A stretch of DNA of 38,166 nt from Octopus bimaculoides (taxonomy: Eukaryota). The stretch lies in NCBI RefSeq assembly GCF_001194135.2, contig NC_068987.1, positions 58,851,605 through 58,889,770 of the forward strand, written 5' to 3'. Each line of letters starts with the position of its first letter. The stretch's first letter is position 1. Of the stretch, positions 21,107 to 33,879 are shown one piece after another. The position numbers and the translations under genes were made by a program. The notes beneath the pieces were generated by a model that was not told where the DNA came from, searched no databases, and saw only the letters and a list, made by a program, of their open reading frames with translations.

Positions 21107-21873
21107 TAAGCCTCCAAAACCCATTGAGAATAGAATGGATACCGCACAGTAACATTCAGTTTTCCATGTTAGCATTCACAGGACAGTCACAATAAATTTG
21201 AACATTCCCAACTCCATAACAGATGTCATTCTTATTACGAACGACTCAACTTTGAAATGAGAAACATTTAAAAATAAGTAGAAATTGCTCACAAGACAAA
21301 AAAAAAAAAAATAAGTTCTCAGAAACATAACACAATAGTTGTAAAAAGGTTTAACCTTTCTTTTACTACAGAAATCTGATATGTCCACTCAAAATTTCAT
21401 TACTTTTAACTGTGAAAAGCAGTTTTATATAAAAGTCTATTTTTGTTACAGAATATTATGTTTGAAACTATTTTAAAGATATATCAAGTTTAGTAACGCA
21501 AGATAAGACTTGCAAAAACCACCAGTTTTATTTTTTTGGTAGATATTTAATATCATTACTGTTAATAACCATGAAATAAAACCATTCAGTTAAAGAGTTA
21601 AAATCATGGTCATATGGGCAATACTCCCAACAACTTACTCATATGATCTCAGTAATTAAAAGAAAAAAAAAGAAACATAACCAGGAACAGAAGAATGGAA
21701 TTCTTGTAATAATTGAGAAAATAGCATAGAATGTGAGGGAAGGTGGAATTTAGTTAACAGGAGGGAAAATGTAAACATGATATTCGTGTCTTTCTCAAAC
21801 ATGAGGAAGTAACTGGAAATGGCTTCAAGTGGAAATCAAATCTAGGTTGTATAAATGGTTAGCAAATTATAGG

Positions 21874-22355
21874 TGCAGGCACTGCTGTGAGGTTAAACAG
21901 TTTTTCTCCTGAACCCATGTGATTTCAGGTTCAGTCCCACTTTGTGGGACCTTGAACAAGTGCCTTCAACTATAGTCCTGGGCTGACCTAATCCTTGTAA
22001 GTGGATTTAGCAGACAGAACTGAAAGAAGACTGCCATATGTACGTATGTGTGTGTGTGCATTTAATTTTTTTTTTTCATCTTTATCTAGTTTCAGCTCAT
22101 GAGCTGTGGCCATGCTGGGGCACCGCCATGCGTACTTGTTTTTGACTTTGCATGATAGCTGTAAACGAGTGTCACTCTTATACAAGCAATGCCATTTCTT
22201 TCCAATCTTCCATGAAGAATCATGTGGAAATATTCCTTACTTGGAAATAAGTGAGGGTTGGTGACAAGAATGGTGTCCAGCCACAGACAATATTCCTCAA
22301 CGAATTCATGCAAGCATAGTATAATAGACATTAAAACAATGATGCTGATGATGAT
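21874..22355 (+). mobile_element. SINE with family-A head/core and tail D
   Basis: Head gcaggcactgctgtg...ttcaggttcagtccc, then tail ccaatcttccatgaag...gatgctgatgatgat. Confidence 0.7.
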
Positions 22356-23039
22356 ACCAACTCAAACAACAACAGAGCAAGAAGAATGAATTTTATTGAA
22401 AATAAAATAACTGTAATCTCAATGTTGCTTCTGATGTTACAAGCAAAACAATAAAATCAGTACATCTTACCATGAGGCTGCCTCTTTATGGTTATGTAAT
22501 AAAACAGATCTAGAATTCAGAATTGAAAATTTCTCACCTTGAACCAACTTTTTATTATTGCAAAAGAGTTTCCTTACTAAAACAACCTAGTTGTTTGATT
22601 TCACAGATGAATTATGTAGATTACACAGATGAATTATCTAAGTAATCAAAAATAAAATCTAAACATAGCCCAGCCCAATAAACAAGAGTCTGATAAAAAA
22701 AATTAAAAAAAAGAAAGAAATAGAAGCTGAAAAGCTATCATCCCTCTTTTGAAAAAAAAAAAAAAAAAAAAGAGAAACGCACCCTCCCGCTTGAATATAG
22801 AATTAAGTAGAGAAGCTCTTAAACAAGCAATCCAAAATTAAGAAGCATAGGAGATACATGCATATTTAATCGATGGTGCTTGCTTTAATTAATCTCAAAG
22901 AATTAAAAGAAGCAAAACCAACCCTCAGCAGAACATGAACTGAGACCAGGAAACCCTCAAATTAGATGCACTAAATCATCTATTCTGGCAATTCAGTTTT
23001 AACTATTTTGGTTACCTTAAAAAATATTTAGGTTACCAT

Positions 23040-23381
23040 CATCATCATGGTTTTAACATCCACTTTTCCATGCCTGCATGGATCAGATGGAATTTAAGGC
23101 AGATTTCCTGTGGCCAGATGCCCTTTCTGTTACCAGTCCTTACATGTTTCCATGTAAGGTAATATTTTCCCATAGTCAGACAAGTTTTCATGGAAGATTG
23201 AAAATAAAGAACATAGTTATATGAAGATGACACATATCAAGCCAAGGAGACACCAACTCTCTCTCGCACATACACACAAATATGATGAGTTTCTTTCAGT
23301 TTTTGTTAGCCAATCTTGGGTTTTCTGATACGAATACCTCTCGTATGTATGTATGTATGTATGTATGTATGTATATGTGTA

Positions 23382-23421
<40 letters not shown>

Positions 23422-24135
23422 CATACATACATACACATCATATTTTTAAAGTTTAATTTTCTATGCTTACATGGGTCAGATGGAGTTTATCGAAGCAGGT
23501 TTTCTACAACCAGATACCTCATCCTGATCCCAACCCTCACTGGTTTCCAAGCAAGGTAATATTTCCCCATAACAAGACACGTTTATGCAGAATACAAAAT
23601 TTTGGAAATAAGTAACACTCACATATGTATGTATGTATGTATGTATATATATATATATATATATACATACATACATACATACATGCATACATACATACAT
23701 ATATACACACACACACATATCAGCTAATGTCCATGTTCTATACTGGCATGGGTTGGACATACACACATGACAGATGTCTTTCAATTTCCATTTACCAATT
23801 CCACTCACAAAACTTTCTACTATAGCCCTAAGACAACTAAAGCTTTGCAACTGGACTTCATAGACAGAAACTAAAAGAAGCACAATATATATGAACATAT
23901 ATGAATGTGCAAGTGTTTTGGTGTTTGTGCTTGTGTTTCTTCATTATGTAATAGTTGTTTAATGAACATCACTGTCATATAAGCAGTATCTTTTGTTTCC
24001 CAATCTTCCAGCTATGAGGGGAAAAAAAATACCTTGCTTGAAACATGGTCAAACTTGAAAGGGCATAGAAAACCTACCTAAGCAAATTTCTTTTAACCCA
24101 TGCAAGCATGGAAAACTGGACATTAAAGTGATTAA
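23040..24135. mobile_element. Cluster of tail-D SINE fragments with (TATG)n/(TG)n/(TA)n microsatellites
   Basis: Tail-D remnants at ~23040-23200 and ~23460-23600 (minus) and ~23960-24135 (plus). Microsatellites at 23343-23435 and 23623-23720. Confidence 0.6.
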
Positions 24136-24247
24136 TGATGGAATACAATGTAGAAAGCAAACATAGATTAGAAAAAAAAAAATCATACTTTATGAACATG
24201 TATCAGGAAGAAATTGACCAACATAATAAGAAAAAGTCTTTACTTAC

Positions 24248-24293
24248 ACACAGTCATTTTGTAAGGATGGTGGCAAAGTTATGCCAGGTGGTC
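24248..24293 (-). CDS. MAP2K6: MKK3/6 N-terminal coding micro-exon (46 nt; xPPGITLPPSLQNDC+GT), docking-region segment
   Basis: On the minus strand the acceptor is ttttatttgcag|GA and the donor is GT|gtaagt. It starts in phase 1 and ends in phase 2; GT plus the first C of the next exon gives Val and an open frame into NPPGNLDSK. PPGITLP aligns with NPGLKIP of vertebrate MKK6. Not in the ORF track. Confidence 0.8.
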
Positions 24294-25217
24294 CTGCAAA
24301 TAAAACGGAAATTTTTTTTCTTAGAGCAGAATTAGACAGTGCTTCAGATTACAAAAAGAACAGTCAAAACAATGTGCATGCATGCTGGGGGGAAAAAGTT
24401 GAAGTATTTTCTGTATCAGTCATGGACACTAGGTGTTTGTTGAAGTGGTACAGACACATTTTGAAAGGCCTAGCATAATTTTATGAAAACCTGCACTGAA
24501 GGAAGGAGTAAGGTCTTTATTCAGTGGAATAACAATGTTAATGTATACCAAGTCCCCATTAAAATACTGAGCACTTTGAACCAGCCAGGCTAGAATTCTA
24601 AAGCCAAAAATGTTTGGCTGCATACCACCAGCCTGGTATTCTGTTCTGCCATGAGATTCTGAAATCTATCATTTTTCCAGTGACTTTCATGTGGATGCCA
24701 ACGGTTAGGTAGGAGTGCACATCTGGCAGAGGCCAGGATTCAAACGTCTGAATCTACCAACTCAGAATTCCAGTGCTGACTGTATGTTATCTTTCCAACA
24801 ATTTCGATGCAAACATCTACAGTTGGGTACTGCATACCTGGCAAGGTGGGGGTTGGTGGTCAGGGATCAAAGAATTGAGGAACATTGCATTCCTCTTCCT
24901 CCTTTTTCTTCAATCTCCCTTTCACTCCTTTCAAGTTGCATGTATATAAATATCTGTGCATGCTTAACTCTTACCCTCCGATCAGTCTGGTGTAAGGTTT
25001 GCTTTCATTTTATCTGTGTTATTTACTCAGATGAGACAGTACTAACACTCTCTGTAGGTCCATCTTTCTGGTGACAATGATGCAATTGATCGATAGTTTA
25101 AGTTTGAAGTTTTTGTCTCAATTTAATTGACTATTATATCTTCTTCACCAAAACTTTCTGCCACCAGAGCCAGAAATCTTAAGGAGAATTTGAGAAACTA
25201 TTTTTATTATTGTGAGA

Positions 25218-25410
25218 AAGGTGGCAAACTGGCAGAATTGTTAGCATGCTGGATAATATGCTTAGCATTTCTTCTAGTTTTATGTTCTGAGTTCAAATTC
25301 TGCTAAGGTTAACTTTGCCTTTCGTCCTTTGAGAGTCAAAGTAAGTTACCAGTTGAGCACTGGAGTTAATGTAATCAACTTACACCCTCCCCTAAAATTC
25401 CTGGTACTTG
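25218..25410 (+). mobile_element. SINE family B
   Basis: aaggtggcaaactggcagaattgttagc...tgagttcaaattctgc...aactttgcctttcgtcc. Confidence 0.8.
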
Positions 25411-26392
25411 TATAAGTAGAAGAGTGAGTAGCAGAATAGGTAGAGGGCTAACAAAATACTTTGCTGTACTTAATTAGACCTCTTTATATTCTGAATTCAA
25501 GTAACTACCAGGGCTGACCTTGTCTAACTTATGTTAATAAAGACCTTTCAAAACATAGTCAAGAAGATTAAGACTCAGACATAGCAAGTTTTGCTTTTTC
25601 TTTTTTCTATGTTTAAGATCTGTTCAAGTATGCCAGTATGGGAAAACTGCTGAGGGTGACAATGTTCACACACGTGACACCTTATTTCTGTACTTAGAGA
25701 TATATCTTTTCCCATTGAGTACATTGACAATAGAATAGCTTTCACAAAAGAGAAAAAAAAAACAAAAAAAAAAACAAACAGGAACATTCCATTTTGCTGA
25801 AGGCTTATTAAACAGTTACTTTTTATGTTTTTGGATCTGGTGTTAATATCCACTGAGATGGAAGCAACATCCTATCAGTTGACATATAGTCATTTCAAAA
25901 GAATTATTAGATACTACAACAGATATTTGCATAACTATGGTTGCTTGAAATTTTGGAGGTTAATAATTACTGAAACTGTGCAGGCAGTGTAATGTGGTTT
26001 GGGGTTGCAAAAATGACATGGCAGTAGTAAACCACTGAAGTGTGGTAGTAGTAAACCAGTCTGAAATTTAAAGTTTATTGAGTTATAAGACCAAGAGAAA
26101 GTCTTTCAGTAAAATTAATACAAAATAAAAATTACATTTGTTTAATTTGAGAAAGATGTTGACAGGGTCCCATGGGCTGTAATCTGATGAAAAATGTCAA
26201 AGACAAAAAGTGAGGATGAATGTCTCACGAAGAGGCCCAATGAATACAATGAAAAACTTCAGTCTCTCCCAAACCCATTTCATTGACCCTTTCACTATAA
26301 AATTAAATTTCATGGTTATTCCAGTAATGTGCTAAATATCTACCAGAAAACAGAATTGGCATTTTCTGCAAATCACGTTGCTTTACTAAACT

Positions 26393-26462
26393 TGACATAG
26401 CTCAAGAAAAAATAGTTTCAAACATGACATAGCTCAAGAAAAAATAGTTTCAAACATGACAT
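26393..26462. repeat. Perfect 32-bp tandem duplication
   Basis: tgacatagctcaagaaaaaatagtttcaaaca occurs twice, followed by tgacat. Confidence 0.95.
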
Positions 26463-26884
26463 TCCTCAATAAAAGATAGACGGACATATAGAAAGGCTTT
26501 GCACAGTCAAAAGTAATGAAATTTTGAGTGGATAAATCTTATTTCCAGAGTAAACACATTAAGTTCAACAACTGTTTCTACTGCATATTGAATTTCAAAA
26601 ACCAGCAATTGTTTTACTACTCTCATCTTGCAGTGAGACCATCTTTCTCTGGAACCCTATCTGGGGACACATTACACCATTACACATAATCATATACTAT
26701 TTTGAACTACATAATCTAAGGGATTAGGGATTATTTTGCACTCCTTAAGCTAAGGGAAAAAACTTTAATCCCTTCCTCTGTTGCAGAATATTTGTGATTT
26801 ATTTTCTCAGTCTTTTGTATTTCTTATGGCAACTTTTCGGTCCCTTTTGAGAAGGAGAGTGGGTGGAGTGTATTTGTATATATT

Positions 26885-27098
26885 CTTTTCTACTCTAAGC
26901 ACAAGGCCCAAAATTTTTGGGGAGGGGACCAGCCAATTAGATCAACCTCAGTATGCAACTGGTACTTAATTTATCAACCCCGAAAGGATGAAAGGCAAAG
27001 TTGATTTCGGCGGAATATGAACTCAGAACATAAAGACAGACGAAATATCGCTAAGCATTTCGCCCGGCGTGCTAATGTTACTGCCAGCTCACTGCCTT
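26885..27098 (-). mobile_element. SINE family B, well preserved
   Basis: cttttctactctaagcacaaggcc...aaaggatgaaaggcaaag...ctgccagctcactgcctt. Confidence 0.9.
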
Positions 27099-27364
27099 AG
27101 CACATATATATATATATATATTTCAGGATAAACTGGAAATAGTGGAAATAATGGGGGGGGGGAATGAAGAATAATGGAAAAGAAAGGGGAGGGGAGTCAG
27201 TGAGTAAGAGAATAATGGTCAGAGCAAGGAAATAAAAAGAATACCAACAAACCCTCTCTACCCTCTCAACTTAACCCTGCTCATCTCTCTCTGCTCTCCT
27301 TATTCTTCACAATTACAATTACTCCTTACTCCTGATATTTCAAATTCATCCTGTAGTTTATAGG

Positions 27365-27690
27365 TACAGGCATGGCTGTTTGGTAAGAAGCTTCCTTCCC
27401 AACCACATGATCTTGGGTTCAGTCCTATATGTAATATCTTGTCTTTTACTATAGCCCTGAACTGACTAAAGCCTTGTAAGTGGATTTCAAAGACAGAAAC
27501 TGAATGAAGCCCAATATGTGAGTGTTTTATTGTCTCCTTTTGACTTCAAGTGATAGTTGTAAAAGAATGTCACTATCAAGCAAATGGTGTCCTTTGTCTT
27601 CAATCTTCCATGAAAATAGGTTTGGTCATAGTAAATCTGAGTCAACAAATCCTATTCAACCCATGCAAGCATGGAAAAGTGGATGTTAAT
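27365..27690 (+). mobile_element. SINE with family-A head and tail D
   Basis: Head caggcatggctgtttggtaagaagcttcc; tail caatcttccatgaaaa...ccatgcaagcatggaaaagtggatgttaa. Confidence 0.7.
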
Positions 27691-28079
27691 GCATTATTTC
27701 TGCTCTTGTTCCTCAAAGCAAAAAATATATTCTAGTGTTTGAATAATTTAGAAATGTTATTTGCAAACACAGACTATCACAAGTATCTGTAGAGTTTACT
27801 GTTTTACTTTTACAGATAAAGCCGCAGTCACTACTGTTCCCTTTACATCCAACTCCACACATACACAAATCCCTTCATCTCTTACCACTAGATGCATGCA
27901 TGATCGCCAAGTGCAGAAAACATTAGTAATCATTCCAACCCAACAAGGTACCCGGCTATTACATTCAATCAGTATACCCCTGCTAGCTTTATCTTCACCA
28001 AAGCCTCCAGCCTCCCACTCTCTATAGGGGTCTTAAAATGTTTCAGCACAGATTAGTGGATAACCAATAAAATTCAAAT

Positions 28080-28480
28080 TACAAAATTTCCTTTTCTCTT
28101 TTACATGTTTCAATCATTAGACCATGACCATGCTAGGGTACAAGTGCCTTGAAGGGTTTATTCAAGCAAATCGACCCTAATGCATTGTTTCTTTTTTTAA
28201 AGTTTGGTACCTATTCTATCAGTCGCTTTTGCTAAACTGTTAAGTTACGGGGATGTAAGCTGGTTGTCAAGCAGTAGAGTGGAGGGACAAATACAAACAC
28301 AATGACACATACACACACACAAAAGATGGACTCCTATACAGTTTCCATCTAATAAATTCACTCACAAGGCATTAGCCATCCTGGGGCTACAACAGTAAAA
28401 GACACTTACTCAAGGTGACTGAGCTAGCAATCACATGGTTGCAAGCAAGCTTCTTAATCAGACAGCCAGCCAAGCCTGTG
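28080..28480 (-). mobile_element. SINE family A
   Basis: 3' domain, (CA)n, core and head are recognisable. Confidence 0.75.
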
Positions 28481-28937
28481 CCTATAAATGGAAGGTATGT
28501 ACATATCTGGGGCAATGTAGCTTGCTACACATAAACTAACATCATTAACTAAGCTATTTGGTTGATTGGCAGAGACACATTTACCAAAATGTTGTAACCA
28601 TCTCTGCCTCTTCTACTGCTACTACAACCACTTCTGCTTTTCTGAACTCACAAACTGTATAATATCTCAATGCCACTCCACTATTTCACCTGATTTTTAC
28701 CCAATCATCCCTCTCCTACAAAAGCACAACCTTCTAGAATTTCTTCTTGGCTGATATATTACATACAAGCTTTGACCTACTGACCTACAGAATATCAGCC
28801 TGAACTTGAACCTTAGCTGTCTGGAATGATTAGCAATATAAATCATGGTTGCAACCCTTTTTCAGTCAATTATTGCACAAAAAAAAAAAAAAAATCACAT
28901 GGAAGCTGCAGAAATTAAAAATTTAACATAAGTACAA

Positions 28938-29290
28938 GTGTGGCCGTGTGGTTGACAAACTTACTTCCCAACTATGTGGTTTTGGGTACAGTTCCATTGA
29001 AGGGCACCTGGAGTAAGTGTCTTCTTCTACAGACCTGGACCAATCAAAACCTTGCAAATTGATCTGGTAGACAAAAACTGTGTTTGTATATGTGTGAGAG
29101 AGTCCTGCCACCACTTGACAATTGCTGTTGGTTTGTTTACATCCCCTACAATTTAGCAGTTCAGCAAAAGAGACCAATAGAGTTAATACTAGCATTAAAA
29201 ATAAGTACTGGGGTTGATTTGTTCAACTAAACCCTTTAAGGTGGTGCTCCAGCAAGACCATAGTCCAAGGACAGAAACAAGTGAAGAATA
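28938..29290 (+). mobile_element. SINE family A
   Basis: Runs from head gtggccgtgtggttgac to 3' end ggtgctccagcaagacc...gaaacaagtgaagaat. Confidence 0.75.
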
Positions 29291-29384
29291 AAAATTAGTG
29301 TGTGAAAAATATTGTTCTTTTTTCATTTGCAGAGGTAGAGAAGAGCAGTAGTAATGACCTCAACAGATCAGATCATATATAGTT

Positions 29385-29757
29385 GGTGGTCTCAGTGCTG
29401 GAAGTGACAAGGATTTATCTTCCCACTAGTGATATAAATGAGTGCATTTTACACCAAAAGCTAATATGAGAGTTTCTCTCATGGTATCTACCGCAGTATA
29501 GTTTGTTCCAACAGAACATCCACATTTAAGTGGGGATAGATATTACCTCTCAGTATTAATACTGCCTCTCTTGCTAATATATATTTTTTTAACAAACTCA
29601 CTGTTCTGGCACTGTTATTCTATATATCGCTGGCAGGGAGATTTCTCTCTTGGTAACTACTGCAGTATAGTTTGTTCTAACAGAACATCTATGTTTAAGT
29701 GGGAATAAATATCACCTCTTAGTATTAATACGGCCTCTGTCGCTAATAAATATATAT
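29385..29757. repeat. Unclassified dispersed repeat, copy 2 with internal partial duplication
   Basis: 29385-29585 and 29637-29757 are similar to each other and to 19485-19678. Confidence 0.7.
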
Positions 29758-29944
29758 AGTTGATGTTTAGCTTAAATTTCTTCAGACTGATCCCAGTAGG
29801 CAAAAACATAGGCAGATTGGGATGAAAATAGATACTGTCATAAATAATAGCGTTCAAGTACTCTTGAACATATTATTTCATTAGTTTACACTGGGTGATT
29901 CAACAGGAGCAGTAAAAAGAGCTTCAAAATTTGTCACATTAAAC

Positions 29945-30260
29945 CAGTGGTTCTCAACTATTTTTTACCTTTGAACCCCTTTGATTACTATTTTATTGTG
30001 GTGGATTCACATAACTATTTGATATTTAAAAATTAATTTTGTAGATGCTTGTTTCAAAATTCCTATTTTGTTTATCACACATCCACTTGTGTAGGTTGAA
30101 CTACATAAAATGTTAGAGAAAGAAACCTAGCTGCTTCTTGCAATAAATACATCTAATGCAAAATTTTTTCATGGACCCAATTTACTATTTTGCTTGTATG
30201 GACATTAAAAAACTTATAGAGATCCTGAAAGTTCAGATGGACCCTGGCTGAGAACCACTG
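29945..30260. mobile_element. hAT-type MITE with 8-bp TSD (cattaaac)
   Basis: TIRs cagtggttctcaac and gctgagaaccactg. The left TSD is 29937-29944; the right TSD is split by the family F insertion. Confidence 0.9.
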
Positions 30261-30262
30261 CA

Positions 30263-30811
30263 TTAACCCTTTAGACACAACCCTCCTCCAAACTACCTTT
30301 GGTTTTATGATACAAATTTCCCATTTTAAAGTGATTTAAATAAAAACCTTCCATGTTAATTTATGTTCCAAATATCAACTTAATATTGTCAGTTATCTTC
30401 TTTCACTTGTTTCAGTCATTTAACTGCAGCCATGCTGGAGCACCGCCTTTAGTCGAGCAAATCGACCCCAGGACTTATTCTTTGGAAGCCTCGTACTTAT
30501 TCTATCGGTCTCTTTTGCCGAACCGCTAAGTTACGGGGACGTAAACACACCACTATCGGTTGTCAAACGATGGTGGGAGGACAAACACACATACATACAT
30601 ATATATATATATATACATATATATGACGGGCTTCTTTCAGTTTCCGTCTACCAAATCCACTCACAAGGCTTTGGTCAGCCCGAGGTTATAGTAGAAGACA
30701 CTTGCCCAAAGTGCCACGCAGTGGGACTGAACCCGGAAATTTTTTTATTTTCAAAATTAATTGAAACAAAGACAGTGTATTTCAACAGAAATATGATAAC
30801 AAAAGGGTTAA
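30263..30811. mobile_element. TTAA MITE family F containing a young SINE A (30397-30738, minus)
   Basis: ttaaccctttag...aaagggttaa ends, with a CpG-rich SINE A inside. Confidence 0.85.
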
Positions 30812-31084
30812 ACTAAATGATCATATTGTCCTTCTACATCCAGCTATAACTCAATGGATTAAGTTAACTTGAACTATTAACATTTTAAGAGCAGGGTTCA
30901 AATTTTGGTATAAGTTAGCTGAAACAGTAAAGCATCTGGCAATGCAAATAAACACCTCACAGTATTTAGTCTCACTTTGCTAGTTTCTGAGTTCAAATGT
31001 TGACACTGTTGACATAACCTCTCATTCTTTCCAGAGTAACAAATCAAGTAACAGTGTAAATACTTGACTTGGTAATTTTTTTTA

Positions 31085-31502
31085 TTCTTTTACTTATTTC
31101 AGTCATTTTACTGCAGCCATGCTGGGGCACCACCTTGGAAAACTTTTAGCCGAATGAATCAATCCCACTACTTATTTTTTTGTTAAGCCTGGTACTTGTT
31201 CTATCAGTCACTTTTGCAAAACTACTAAGTTACAGAGAGGTAAAAACATCAACCACTGGTTGTCAAGTGGTATTGGAGGACAGACACACATAAACACAGA
31301 CAGACAGACAGATAGATGGATGGATGGATGGATGGATATGCAAAAGGCTTCTTTCAGTTTCCGTCTACCAAATCCACTCACAAAGCTTTGGTTGGCCTGA
31401 AGCTATAGTAGAAGACACTTGCTCAAGGTACCCTGCAGTGGGACAGAACCTGGAACCATGTGGTTGGGAAGCAAGCTTCTTACCACACAGCTATGTCTGT
31501 GC

Positions 31503-31505
<3 letters not shown>
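31085..31505 (-). mobile_element. SINE family A, full length, with (GACA/GATG)n middle
   Basis: All domains are recognisable. Confidence 0.85.
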
Positions 31506-31559
<54 letters not shown>

Positions 31560-31561
31560 AT

Positions 31562-31672
31562 TAGACTGGAGCCTGGTGTTGCCATCCGGTTTCACCAGTC
31601 CTCAGTCAAATCGTCCAACCCATGCTAGCATGGAAAGCGGACGTTAAACGATGATGATGATGATGATGATGA
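31562..31672 (+). mobile_element. 5'-truncated RTE tail with (GAT)n, inserted in (TA)n
   Basis: gactggagcctggtg...ggacgttaaacgatgatgat... is flanked by atatat on both sides. Confidence 0.8.
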
Positions 31673-31749
31673 TATATCACACTTGTGTTAGTTTGTTTAT
31701 ATACCCATAACTTAGCAGTTCATCAAAAGAGGCAGAATAAATGCTAAGT

Positions 31750-31960
31750 TTCACTCTTTAATATTTAATCTGGCCATATCCATCCCAAATATTCTACTTG
31801 TTTTAAGTTAAAAATAGCTAGATCCAATCTGTTACACCTACCCTACAATGTCCTTCTCAAAATATACAAACACACCATTGAAATCTACAAAATGAAGCTA
31901 GAAAATAATGTGTGAATAAATGAGCAATGCATTTGGCAAATTTGAATGCTAAAGGGTTAA
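31750..31960. mobile_element. TTAA MITE family E
   Basis: It ends in aatgctaaagggttaa and the interior matches the family. Confidence 0.7.
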
Positions 31961-32040
31961 AAAAAATAAGTACTGGGATCAATTCATTTGACTAAACCCT
32001 TCAAGGTGGTGCCCCAGCATGGTCACAGTCAATTTATGGG

Positions 32041-32041
<1 letters not shown>

Positions 32042-32126
<85 letters not shown>
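32042..32126. repeat. (TG)n microsatellite (~42 units)
   Basis: Seen directly in the sequence. Confidence 0.97.
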
Positions 32127-32127
<1 letters not shown>

Positions 32128-32691
32128 CATGTGTTATGAGAAACCTTATCATCTAGATTCGATTCAAATCAATTCCACAATTTCTGTAATGGTTGAGTAA
32201 AACTGAATTGGAAAATAGCTGAGATGACAAAAGCACAATAGCTTCGGCGAAATAGCTTTGCTTGCTATGCAGGAAGGGAATTCAATATGGTGTAGTCAGT
32301 GTAAACAATTGATAAACAAATACTACAATAAGATCTTTGGCAGACTGACAAAGAGAAATCAAATCTTGGAGCACATCAGATAGACTGACATAATTAATAG
32401 TATAAGCAAAGACCATATATTCCTTAGCAGGCTTGCTAGAAGCAACAAATTCTGTTACATAGGTGATATAATTAGTTTTGAAGATGGAACTTTTAACAGT
32501 ACAGTGTCTAAGTTCAGAGGTGAATGAAAGATTAAGGAGCTGCTATTTCTGTCTGTCTTTCCAGAGCCCCTGACACAAACTATTTATTAGATTTTTGTTT
32601 GAAATGCAGTGAATATTTTAATTATTTCTGAACATAATAAAGAATTTATTAGAATAATTTTGTCATTATTAAGCTGGTGGTTGGAACATAC

Positions 32692-33037
32692 TCTTTTACT
32701 TGTTTCAGTCATTTGACTGTGGCCATGCTGGAGCACCGCCTTTTAGTCGAGCAAATCAACCCCACGACTTATTCTTTGTAAGCCTAGTACTTATTCTATC
32801 GGTTTCTTTTGCTTAACCGCTAAGTTATGGGGACGTAAACACACCAGCATCGGTTGTCAAGCAATGTTGGGGGGGACAAACACAGACACACAAACATACA
32901 CACACATACATATATATATATACATATATACGATGGGCTTCTTTCAGTTTCCGTCAACCAAATCCACTCACAAGGCTTTGGTCGGCCCGAGGCTATAGTA
33001 GAAGACACTTGCCCAAGGTGCCATGCAGTGGGACTGA
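32692..33037 (-). mobile_element. Young SINE family A running into the N gap (33038-33293)
   Basis: Nearly identical to 30397-30738. Confidence 0.9.
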
Positions 33038-33879
33038 NNNNNNNNNNNNNNNNNNNNNNNNNNNNNNNNNNNNNNNNNNNNNNNNNNNNNNNNNNNNNNN
33101 NNNNNNNNNNNNNNNNNNNNNNNNNNNNNNNNNNNNNNNNNNNNNNNNNNNNNNNNNNNNNNNNNNNNNNNNNNNNNNNNNNNNNNNNNNNNNNNNNNNN
33201 NNNNNNNNNNNNNNNNNNNNNNNNNNNNNNNNNNNNNNNNNNNNNNNNNNNNNNNNNNNNNNNNNNNNNNNNNNNNNNNNNNNNNNNNNNNNNGTTCCAT
33301 AGAACAGCTTAGTGATGAATTTATTTCACTAAATACTTCATTAGTTTCAAAATTAATTTAAATGGAAGCAGTACATTTCAACATAAATATAGCAATAAAA
33401 GGATTAAATAAGGTTTAAGACTTAGGCAAGAACCTCAACCAGAAAATGAAACTGAGTTATATGAGTATCAGCTCTAGGACACTAATGTAAACAAATCTTA
33501 ACTTAGAAAATTATTTGAGGCAACACAAATACGTTAAAAAAAAAATTTTTTTAAACTTTATACCATTATCAGACATTTCAATTCATGAATTCCTTACAAC
33601 CATGTAAAGTACCGATAAAACTATAACCAACAACATACCAGAACACTACTACAACACCTACATTCCCAAAACACTTTACCCTCTTTCAACACAGATAAAT
33701 ACCAATACAAACTCGAAGTGTATGCTGGAGGCCAACAGATCTTAAGGAATTTGTAACTAGCCTACACGAAACCTAACTTGTACTTGCTCACTAAATCAGT
33801 TTGTCCAGTAAACTAGAAAAGCTTAAGTTTCTCAATGAAGAATATTAATGTGATATGTAAAGTAATAAGTTGCAGGTAA

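Noticed and set aside
24836-24915. Minus-strand RKRRKRNAMFLNSLIPDHQPPPCQ followed by gtatgc, a tempting basic docking exon
   Set aside because: An in-frame TGA lies directly upstream, there is no ATG before the basic stretch and no acceptor, and it ends in phase 0 whereas phase 1 is required.
27761-28850. A/C-skewed stretches and short ORFs (27761-28027, 28566-28754) suggestive of decayed LINE coding sequence
   Set aside because: I recognise no motif in any frame and cannot support a call without a profile search.
32854-33312. Long ORFs spanning the N gap, and the many 60-150 aa ORFs elsewhere
   Set aside because: They are translated Ns, microsatellites or SINE sequence. The same pseudo-peptides (e.g. 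LLSVSVNQIHSQGFG) recur at each SINE copy.
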